The notes below the pieces were generated by a model. It made no database searches, was not told the DNA's origin, and worked only from the letters and a program-made list of their open reading frames with translations. The position numbers and the translations under genes were made by a program. A DNA stretch of 32,000 bases from Beijerinckiaceae bacterium (GTDB taxonomy: Bacteria; Pseudomonadota; Alphaproteobacteria; Rhizobiales; Beijerinckiaceae), in assembly GCA_947370975.1 (NCBI GenBank), contig CANBNG010000003.1, positions 1 to 32,000 on the forward strand, written 5' to 3'. Shown in pieces: positions 1-6,717 of the stretch; position 1 is the first letter of the stretch, and every line of letters starts with the position of its first letter.

Positions 1-2917
1 CCGGCCGGCCTTGCGCCGTCAGAACGTCAACTTGCCGGAGCTTCGTGACGATCTCTTCCGCCTTGTGTCTCTTCCTCGGCATTCCGCAGTCCTCCATCAG
101 GCTCAAAAGCCATACTTCAGGGAGGATCACTTTTCAGGGGGCAGACCACGGGCAGTATTGAGCAAACTTGAAGGCCGCCGCTCTGATACAGACTTCTGGA
201 CAAAGCAGACGCACCGCAGCAAGGCACTGTGGGCTGCTAGGAAGCTGCTACACAGGGAGCCTATCAAGGTGATTACGCTCGCTAGCCTCGGGCAGCGGGC
301 AGTCACTGATTGCGGATATGCCAAGAGCAAGGGCGACAAGGTGCTGCGGGCGGCTTGGGATAGAGCCTGCCCCAACCTGGACCTCTATAAAGGCAAGCTG
401 CTTGGTGACAATGGCTGTCTCCATCCGGCGGAAGACAGGATGTTCACCACGCTGGAGATAAGTGCCTTGATTGGCATTTCTCCTGATTTCAAGCTCAGAG
501 CAAATGAGACTGAGAAGGCACGGCTATTAGCGCAGGCAATACCACCGCAGATTGCTGAGATGGTAGCTGACGCAGCCATAACCGTGTTGGAAGGTAAGCT
601 AAAGAAACCCAAAGCAAGCACACCCAAACAGCTGAGCATAAGCCGCGCCACCACGCTTCTGTCATCCGATGGGGAGGTTAGGTTTTACATCTCAGAGCAG
701 GACTTAGGGGACCGTGCTGCTAGCAGCTTGATTGGTAAGCCACCCACCTCGAAGGATTATGATTATCTCTTTGATGCTGACGTCATCGACAAGGATTTTA
801 TCGTGGAGGGCCCATTTGACCCCACTATAGGACGTCGTCCCGTCATTGGTGCTGTGAAACGAAAGATATTCCGTGATGCTGCTCACACTGACGCAGTGAG
901 CTCCATCCGTGCTATTCAAGAAACGAGCGGCGCACGGCTTGCTGAATCACCATATCCTATAAGCGCCAAGACTATAGCCAATTTTGAGAAGCGTGGGGTG
1001 AAGTATCGCCTTATCAATGATGGCCGTAGCTATGAGAAATGGATTGAGCCACGCGAAGGCAAGAAGGGGCATTGGGACAGGCCACGCAGCGAGCCTATCC
1101 CATCCTCAACATATGGCTGGATACCTGACAAAAACACGAAGGTGCCGCAGTTTGCGCTAGCTGGTGTGGCAAGTGAGGAAGTCAAAGCTGGTTTCTTCGC
1201 GTTGGCTAAGCGGTGTGACACCGTCTATTACCACACGGCAACCGCTGACTATCAGAAACAAGCCAAGTTCCTCAGCTCGCGCATATTGAGAGAACATAGG
1301 CTGGGTGGCAGCGTCTTCACGACTTTGGCTGTGAATCGCTACGGGGATGATATGCCCGCTATGAACTATCATATTGATAGCGGGGACCATAACAGCGGCC
1401 TTACCACCATCGCCGTCTTCAACGAAGGCTCATATGAAGGTGGTTATTTTGTTATCCCCCAATATCGCTGCGCATTCAGGGTAGGTGATGGGGATGTGTT
1501 TGTAGCAAATTCTCGCAAGGTTCACGGCGTTCAGCAGTTGGATGGCGCTGGCCGTCGCTTGTCGGTGGTGTGCTACACCAAGACAACGCTTGCCTACAAA
1601 GAGAATACCGAGCAGGCCTATCCGCCAAAATCAGAACGTCCAAACTTCCGCTGGAACCAATACAAGCTTGCGGTGGTAGTTTCCCCTGATGGCGAGCATC
1701 CGCGCCCCATCAAGATATTCAGGTATCTGAAGCAGCAGAAGATTGCCCCCCGCCGTGTCACACTTTTCGTTCCTAATGAGCAGCTGGTGGCTGTCTATGC
1801 TGCTGCGCTAGCCGCAGACAAGCAGCCGAAGCGTGCGTTGGGTTATGGCGCTGAAATAAGCTGTGAGAATCCAGCTGACTATTTTGCGCCAAACACACCT
1901 ATCGTTTATATGCGCGATGACATCGAGGGGATATATGGACTGACCGGTTCAAGCAAAGATGCGGTTTTGTCCGTAGATGGTTTTGAGCAGCGGGTTATTC
2001 GGCGTGGGTTTGATGCTTGCCGTGAGCACAGCTCTTATCTCTGGGGTATATCCATAAAGGGAGATACGGACAATCTAGGGGACCATTTGGACAAGTCGCT
2101 GTCAGTCCGCAGCTTCCACCCCATCAGCAGTTGCGTTGGCATTATCAACCGTCCCAATCTTACGGCTAGATATCTGCCAAATGACGCGGCTACCTATGAC
2201 TTGGGGCTTGCTCACTTCCAAAAAGATGGGCGCACGGTGAGGTTTGATTATATAACGGACGCACTACCATATGTAGCTATCGCAGGTGGTAAGCCAATCA
2301 AGGGTGTGAAGGCTGCGGACATTCCACCTTATTATGTAGCGCAACCGCAAACCAAACGTACTGTGAAATCCCAGCGTAAGGTCCTTGCAATAAATGGACT
2401 TCCCGCCACTGGTAAATCAACACTTTTGAAGGCTTTCTTGAAGGCAAGTGGGAAGTGGGACAACGTCAAGCTGGGTAAGGGCTTTAAGGCACTCTATAAC
2501 AAGCAATTGGATTGCTATGTCCTTGGTGAGTATGTAGATGGCGAGGATTTTCCGGGCACCGACCGGCTGGATATGGCAGTGCAGCCTGTGGCATTGAGTT
2601 TCCTCAGCAAGGGCAACAGCAATATCATCTTTGAGGGGGACAGGCTGTTTAACTTTAGCTTCCTTGAAGCTGTTGATGAGATGGGCGTGTCGCTCCAAAT
2701 CATTGAGATGGTGGCGTCAGAGGCTGTCCTGAAGGCGCGACATAAGAAGCGTAAAGACAATCAACAGGAGCAGTTCATAAAAGCCAAGCGTACAAAGATA
2801 CGCAACATATGTGGCTCACCCACCTTCTTCAGCAGAGTTAAGACGATGGGGAACAACACGGATGAGGAGCAGGCGCAGATATTAGCGGCAATGAGGACGT
2901 ATTTGGGAATCAGCTAA
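1..2917 (+). CDS. Large multidomain DNA-modification protein with its 5' end outside the window: C5-MTase-like C-terminal motifs, TET/JBP-like 2OG-Fe(II) dioxygenase, an unassigned region of about 230 aa, and a P-loop kinase-like domain
   Basis: The ORF track gives 11..2917 (968 aa), and the frame stays open back to base 2, so the true start is upstream. Motifs read directly: LHPAEDRMFTTLEISALIGISPDF...AQAIPPQIAEMVA (aa 137-186); YHIDSGDHN...KVHGV...RRLSVVCY (aa 453-522, HxD/H/RxS); GLPATGKST Walker A (aa 796-804); IIFEGD Walker-B-like (aa 872-877). Confidence 0.8.
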   Translation, partial: RPALRRQNVNLPELRDDLFRLVSLPRHSAVLHQAQKPYFREDHFSGGRPRAVLSKLEGRRSDTDFWTKQTHRSKALWAARKLLHREPIKVITLASLGQRAVTDCGYAKSKGDKVLRAAWDRACPNLDLYKGKLLGDNGCLHPAEDRMFTTLEISALIGISPDFKLRANETEKARLLAQAIPPQIAEMVADAAITVLEGKLKKPKASTPKQLSISRATTLLSSDGEVRFYISEQDLGDRAASSLIGKPPTSKDYDYLFDADVIDKDFIVEGPFDPTIGRRPVIGAVKRKIFRDAAHTDAVSSIRAIQETSGARLAESPYPISAKTIANFEKRGVKYRLINDGRSYEKWIEPREGKKGHWDRPRSEPIPSSTYGWIPDKNTKVPQFALAGVASEEVKAGFFALAKRCDTVYYHTATADYQKQAKFLSSRILREHRLGGSVFTTLAVNRYGDDMPAMNYHIDSGDHNSGLTTIAVFNEGSYEGGYFVIPQYRCAFRVGDGDVFVANSRKVHGVQQLDGAGRRLSVVCYTKTTLAYKENTEQAYPPKSERPNFRWNQYKLAVVVSPDGEHPRPIKIFRYLKQQKIAPRRVTLFVPNEQLVAVYAAALAADKQPKRALGYGAEISCENPADYFAPNTPIVYMRDDIEGIYGLTGSSKDAVLSVDGFEQRVIRRGFDACREHSSYLWGISIKGDTDNLGDHLDKSLSVRSFHPISSCVGIINRPNLTARYLPNDAATYDLGLAHFQKDGRTVRFDYITDALPYVAIAGGKPIKGVKAADIPPYYVAQPQTKRTVKSQRKVLAINGLPATGKSTLLKAFLKASGKWDNVKLGKGFKALYNKQLDCYVLGEYVDGEDFPGTDRLDMAVQPVALSFLSKGNSNIIFEGDRLFNFSFLEAVDEMGVSLQIIEMVASEAVLKARHKKRKDNQQEQFIKAKRTKIRNICGSPTFFSRVKTMGNNTDEEQAQILAAMRTYLGIS

Positions 2918-2985
2918 ACAAGCAGAGTGTGCATATTGGCGCCCGTGTTATTTGTGGCTCCCGTTGGGTGGGCGTCGTCAGGTAC

Positions 2986-3552
2986 TCAGGCTAACTCCAC
3001 TGCCGCACGTAGCTGCTCATCGTTGACGTCGATGTAGCGTTGAGTTGTTGAGATGGATGAGTGGCCAGCCAGTGTCTGCAACACACGAACGCCAATGCCC
3101 TTTGCAGCCAATGCGGTAATCATTGAACGCCTCCCGCTGTGGCTTGTCGCGTCAGCAAAGCCCGCTCCATCATATATGCGCAGCAGGAGCTGACACATCG
3201 TATTGGGTGAGAATCCCGCACCCTTTTGTGATTGGAAGAGTGCCGGGCATATGGCTCGTAGCTTTGCCTGTTTTAGATAGATGGCTAATTCCTTCTGGAG
3301 CCGCTCGTTTAGGAACACCCGCCTCGCCTTACGTCCCTTCGTTTGCAGAGGTGACAAGGTGAACTCCTCACGCACTCTACCATCTTCGCCAAGCACATTG
3401 GCTTGCGTGAGGGCAGCTATCTCTTTTGCACGTAGCCCGGCGAGGAAGCTGAACAGGACAATCGCCCTGTCCCTTGCTGCGTGTTTTCGTGTTGAGCAGT
3501 GCGCTAGCACTTGTTTAAGCTGTTTGTCTGTTAGCGTCCTTGCTTGCTTCAT
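2986..3552 (-). CDS. Short tyrosine recombinase with the catalytic domain only (188 aa, the size of FimB/FimE)
   Basis: Catalytic signature: LAGLRAKEI (Arg), HSGRRS (HxxR), LAGHSSISTTQRYI (His and the nucleophile Tyr). There is no N-terminal arm- or core-binding domain. I prefer the ATG at 3552 (MKQARTLT, AGGTG 6 nt upstream) over the ORF-track start at 3570, which has no RBS. Confidence 0.85.
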   Translation of the reverse strand: MKQARTLTDKQLKQVLAHCSTRKHAARDRAIVLFSFLAGLRAKEIAALTQANVLGEDGRVREEFTLSPLQTKGRKARRVFLNERLQKELAIYLKQAKLRAICPALFQSQKGAGFSPNTMCQLLLRIYDGAGFADATSHSGRRSMITALAAKGIGVRVLQTLAGHSSISTTQRYIDVNDEQLRAAVELA

Positions 3553-3909
3553 TGGGCACCTGAATGTCATTTTTTACGCTATAAAAAATATTGCCTGATA
3601 TTAGTTTTTCCTACCCCTGTTTTTGCAATGCTGATTTTTCCGTTTTTCAGTGAGTTAGCTCAGAAAGCCATAGAATTGTTATTTCGTGACATCCGACCTA
3701 GTACGCTATCAAATGAACCGTTTGACGCAGTTTTTTGCAGGTACGGAAAGTTTATCATCGGCCTGGTGATTTTACACAGCAGGCATAGTGGCAATGGTAT
3801 TTTGGCAATAGTGAAGCTACAGCGGCATAAAGCCAACTGTGGAAGTTCCAAACACACGCAACGACGCTATGCTTTTATAACGGTATCTCCCCGCTTCGTT
3901 GCGTTCTAA

Positions 3910-4428
3910 TCAGTCTGGAAAATAGCAATTCCGCAAATCCAATATCCCTTGTGCCTGTTCATTTTGCCTGTACGTCTGCTTGAGAGAGTAGGTGAGATAA
4001 AATCCGTTATCATAACCAAAGTGCGACAGATGTTTTTCAAACTTCTCCGTAGCAAAGCGTTCTGTCTGCATATCCCAACAGCGCTTTAATACGCTGATGG
4101 TTTCGTCCTCGTTCATTCCTTTCGCGCAATCAAGTAAGCCGTGTGCGTGCCAGCCTACAGCCTCCGCATATTCAAGCGTTATGATACGAGGAAGCCGTGC
4201 ACCTTTGTTCTTATGTGCTGCCTTGAAGATGCACCTATCAACTTTGTTGAGATATCTTGTTAGCTCTTTTGAAAGCCAATGCTCATCATAGCCGTTGTAA
4301 TGTCTGCGCATAGCATTGGGTGTATGCCAACAGGCTACCACATTCCAGTGCTTGCTATGCTCTCTTAGCCATCGCTGCTGCGCAATCCTAAGCATCTGAT
4401 TGTTCGATAAACTCCCTTCTTCATTCAT
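3910..4428 (-). CDS. Hypothetical protein with HUH-like motifs, possibly a rolling-circle Rep or relaxase-type nuclease
   Basis: GGAGG lies 8 nt upstream of the internal ATG at 4428 (MNEEGS...); the ORF-track start at 4554 has no RBS. Motif-like strings: VVACWHTP, RIITLEYAEAVGWHAHGLLD (HUH = HAH followed by hydrophobic residues), FYLTYSLKQ (Y..K). Confidence 0.6.
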   Translation of the reverse strand: MNEEGSLSNNQMLRIAQQRWLREHSKHWNVVACWHTPNAMRRHYNGYDEHWLSKELTRYLNKVDRCIFKAAHKNKGARLPRIITLEYAEAVGWHAHGLLDCAKGMNEDETISVLKRCWDMQTERFATEKFEKHLSHFGYDNGFYLTYSLKQTYRQNEQAQGILDLRNCYFPD

Positions 4429-4490
4429 TATATCGCCTCCTATGCCGATACACTTATTTAGCGCTTCCTGAGTTTTTGCTAAATAAATGT

Positions 4491-4799
4491 ATGAGAAACA
4501 CACAATATCTAGAGAACATATATAGGGACGTGAAGGCGCTGGGTTTGGTTGCAAATCAATACGATTTTAGCGTGTTATGCGGTAGAACACCTGCTTGGTT
4601 TAGCGCAATCAAAGCACGCGGCTTGCCGATAACGCCGGATGCGATGCTGACGTTGAGCTACAATCTGCGTTGCCGTGCTAGTGAGGTTTTGAATTTGGAA
4701 GCGAGTGATAGCGCGGTGATGTTAAGTGAGAGGCTTGTTGGGGAAGCACAGGAATTGATAGGGCAGAAAGTGACAAAGCTATCGCTATCAAAAAATTGA
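4491..4799 (+). CDS. Hypothetical protein (102 aa), divergent from the HUH-like gene
   Basis: ORF 4476..4799; the first ATG is at 4491 and the RBS is weak. I recognise no motif. The coding call rests on the open frame and island-like composition only. Confidence 0.5.
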   Translation: MRNTQYLENIYRDVKALGLVANQYDFSVLCGRTPAWFSAIKARGLPITPDAMLTLSYNLRCRASEVLNLEASDSAVMLSERLVGEAQELIGQKVTKLSLSKN

Positions 4800-4812
4800 A
4801 AGGACTTAGATT

Positions 4813-5184
4813 ATGAGATTGATGCACATTGACCCTGAACTTAGGCGAGTTGCAAATGCAGCAAGACAAGAGCTTGAAATCAAACGTCTCCGTGTACAGC
4901 TGAAACGCTGTAAGAATGGAATTCCACATAATCCAAAATGGGAAGCGCACTGGGAGGACTATATTAGCAGCGCAGTCACGCAAGTTGTTGCAGATTATCT
5001 GGCTAGGAAAAATGCAGCGCCGCAAACACAAAACAAGCGCCCTGTAGCACCTGTCTGGCAGCAGCCTGCTACCCAAGTAGCGCAGTTCCAAAACCCTGCT
5101 GCACAGCCCTATAATCGCGTTGCGCAGCAGGCCCCACAAACAGTCCAGAATCGTGCTGTTTCTAAACCTGCACCGGGCGTCTGA
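4813..5184 (+). CDS. Hypothetical protein (123 aa) with a Gln/Pro/Ala-rich C-terminal tail
   Basis: The ATG is preceded by AAGGA. It lies 13 nt after the previous stop, so it is probably co-transcribed. No motif recognised. Confidence 0.55.
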   Translation: MRLMHIDPELRRVANAARQELEIKRLRVQLKRCKNGIPHNPKWEAHWEDYISSAVTQVVADYLARKNAAPQTQNKRPVAPVWQQPATQVAQFQNPAAQPYNRVAQQAPQTVQNRAVSKPAPGV

Positions 5185-5257
5185 TATCAGCCACGATTGC
5201 GCATAGTAGCACGTGACTACACGGCGCATTGTTGTTCTATTTTCTGCTTGGGCAACC

Positions 5258-5291
5258 GAAAAGATTGGTTGATTTGTGAAAAGATTGGTTG
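5258..5291. repeat. Two 14-bp direct repeats GAAAAGATTGGTTG at a 20-bp period (iteron- or operator-like)
   Basis: Exact copies at 5258-5271 and 5278-5291. The first copy is embedded in the dyad CAACC-N9-GGTTG (5253-5271). Both lie in a 287-bp ORF-free region. Confidence 0.8.
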
Positions 5292-5471
5292 TCCAGCAGC
5301 GTGTGTGGCGCAACTATGTGTGTCTAGTCCAGTGCTAGTATGTGAAATCGTGGCAGGTTGAGCACACCGATATCAACGGTAGATTTCGTGAGCACGTGAC
5401 AGGATTTCGGTAGGAATGTGCGCACAGCGACAACAAGCTTGCTCTTGTAACGCAACACACAGGAGGCAAGC

Positions 5472-5936
5472 GTGGCACATTTGGAAACACTGAAAGTCGT
5501 AGCAAAGCCCAACTTCAATCCTACAACTGCTGAGGAGCGCCGCAGGCACAAACTGATTGTAAAGCTACAGGAGCAGCTTTGCTTGGCAGAGGCGCAGTTG
5601 GGTGGTTCGCCGTATATGCGTATGCGGTGGATTACGACAGCAGACGGACAGGGAGAGCCACACCGTGTCCAACGTGCTGTGCGTGTGAAGCAGTGGTGGT
5701 TTAAGAACGTGGCTGGCGCTGTGCTGCTCACTGTGCGCTACGGCGCCAAGCTGCTGCCCATAGCTAACGGTATGACTGCTATTGAGGTTGGAGCACTTGC
5801 TGAGCTGCCGAACACAATCACCACAGTCATACAAGCAGTGGATGCGGGTGAGTTGGATAGGGAGTTGGCTGCGGCGTCCAAAGATAGGCAGTTTGTGAAA
5901 ACGAAAGTGGACAAGCGAGCAGGGGGCAAGAAATAG
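5472..5936 (+). CDS. Hypothetical protein (154 aa)
   Basis: GTG start with AGGAGG 5 nt upstream (5461-5466). A 12-bp-stem hairpin follows the gene. I cannot name a motif with confidence. Confidence 0.65.
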   Translation: MAHLETLKVVAKPNFNPTTAEERRRHKLIVKLQEQLCLAEAQLGGSPYMRMRWITTADGQGEPHRVQRAVRVKQWWFKNVAGAVLLTVRYGAKLLPIANGMTAIEVGALAELPNTITTVIQAVDAGELDRELAAASKDRQFVKTKVDKRAGGKK

Positions 5937-5957
5937 CTCCCCACTGCCGTTATAACC

Positions 5958-5998
5958 ACAGCCACCAAGTGCTCATTGTGGGCGTGCTTGGTGGCTGT
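5958..5998 (+). terminator. Stem-loop after the 5472..5936 gene (12-bp perfect stem)
   Basis: ACAGCCACCAAG (5958-5969) pairs with CTTGGTGGCTGT (5987-5998). The following U-tract is short (TTTAA). Confidence 0.5.
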
Positions 5999-6080
5999 TT
6001 AACACACAGTTTTGTGCGGTGCGTAGAAGCGAAAAAACTGAATAAAAACAGGTAGTTGGAAGGCTTAAAAACAGCTTGGC

Positions 6081-6103
6081 GGTATGCTACAATGGTATGC
6101 TAC
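6081..6103. repeat. Two 10-bp direct repeats GGTATGCTAC at a 13-bp period, about 50 bp inside the island end
   Basis: Exact copies at 6081-6090 and 6094-6103, read directly from the sequence. Confidence 0.8.
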
Positions 6104-6150
6104 TCGCTAAAAAGCCCAGTAAATCAGGCTTTTTTATCGAAAACGCTTTT

Positions 6151-6195
6151 TTGGTAATGGAGAGGTCGACAGTTCAATCCTGTCTCGCAGCACCA
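6151..6195 (+). tRNA. Partial tRNA-Thr(GGU): anticodon loop to CCA only (3' half, att-type remnant, not a functional gene)
   Basis: TTGGTAA (loop, anticodon GGT), TGGAG, AGGTC, GACAG-TTCAATC-CTGTC (T arm), TCGCAGC-A-CCA. This parallels the 3' half of E. coli tRNA-Thr(GGU) as I remember it. The upstream bases (CTTTT) cannot pair with TGGAG, and no 5' acceptor strand GCTGCGA is present. Confidence 0.75.
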
Positions 6196-6317
6196 TTAAA
6201 TTCCTGACCGGCCTGATCCACCAAGCCATTGCCCCTGTGCGGCTTTTCATTTGATCCGCGCCGCTGCATAGTCTCACGCAACGCAGTCTGTCCGGGCGTA
6301 GGTGGGAGAAGCTGCAG

Positions 6318-6491
6318 ATGATTTCCGTGATCTTGAACAATGTTCTGGCAAAGCAGCGCGCCGACATGGATGCGCGTGCGAAAAAGGCCCACAGCCATCG
6401 CGTCCATTGCCGTTTCCCGATCAAGCTGGCGCTTGAGAAGAGCGGGGCCGAAAAAGTGACTGCCACGCCGAAAGACGATCGGAAGGACTAG
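6318..6491 (+). CDS. Possible small ORF (57 aa), below the ORF-track cutoff
   Basis: ATG at 6318 preceded by GGGAGAAG. Translation: MISVILNNVLAKQRADMDARAKKAHSHRVHCRFPIKLALEKSGAEKVTATPKDDRKD. No motif recognised. Confidence 0.3.
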   Translation: MISVILNNVLAKQRADMDARAKKAHSHRVHCRFPIKLALEKSGAEKVTATPKDDRKD

Positions 6492-6558
6492 CTCAGCCCG
6501 AACCCGCAGCCTGCCCGTGCGTTGTGGGGGCGCTTTCCTTCAACTCAAGGAGGCTGCC

Positions 6559-6639
6559 ATGAGACGCGTTCTTGCGGCTTGCGCCATCGGTTCTTCAGCC
6601 CTGATTTTTGCAGCCGGCGTGCTTCTGGGCGGGCTTTGA
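6559..6639 (+). CDS. Possible 26-aa hydrophobic peptide upstream of the DoxX gene
   Basis: AAGGAGG lies 6 nt upstream of the ATG. Translation: MRRVLAACAIGSSALIFAAGVLLGGL. Confidence 0.35.
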   Translation: MRRVLAACAIGSSALIFAAGVLLGGL

Positions 6640-6717
6640 AACCGTAGCGCCCCAGTTTCTCCCTTTTGCGATTCGGGGTAAAACATCCCGAACATAAAAA
6701 CAGACGGGAGAAACGAC

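Larger units (their letters stand above)
1..6195. mobile_element. Right-hand portion of a low-G+C integrated element (genomic island or prophage-like), bounded on the right by a tRNA-Thr 3' fragment; the left end lies outside the window
   Basis: Composition changes abruptly at about 6150-6200: AT-rich intergenic DNA and mid-G+C genes on the left, above 60% G+C by eye on the right. The segment holds a recombinase gene, a Rep-like gene and iteron-like repeats. A partial tRNA 3' half sits exactly at the composition break. Confidence 0.7.

Noticed and set aside
3544-3909. 121-aa plus-strand ORF (and 65-aa minus-strand ORF 3660..3857) in the AT-rich spacer next to the recombinase
   Set aside because: There is no RBS, the ORF overlaps the recombinase start, and the composition is Phe/Ile/Leu-rich, as expected for random AT-rich DNA. 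I treat the region as non-coding.
4678-5313. 211-aa minus-strand ORF across 4491..5184 and the iteron region
   Set aside because: It is antisense to two plus-strand genes that have start contexts. It is Cys/Leu/Arg-rich with no motifs, and it would read through the repeat-rich spacer.
3875-5955. Perfect 9-bp inverted pairs that could mark an invertible segment: TTATAACGG (3875-3883) / CCGTTATAA (5947-5955), flanking the 3910-5936 gene block; GCCACGATT (5190-5198) / AATCGTGGC (5346-5354); and a 9-of-10 pair GTGTGTGGCG (5301-5310) / CGCAACACAC (5451-5460)
   Set aside because: The island has about 900 bp of non-coding DNA, so about 1.5 perfect 9-bp inverted pairs are expected by chance (900 squared over 2, divided by 4 to the 9th). 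None extends beyond 9-10 bp. They are worth testing with read-orientation data but are not evidence on their own.
6108-6137. AAAAGCC-N10-GGCTTTTTT as a terminator just inside the island end
   Set aside because: The stem has only three G:C pairs with a 10-nt loop. It is too weak to call and may simply be part of the AT-rich att-flanking DNA.
6559-6639. LAAC in the 26-aa peptide as a lipoprotein lipobox
   Set aside because: The Cys is residue 8. That is too close to the N-terminus for a functional lipoprotein signal peptide, and the whole peptide is only 26 aa.
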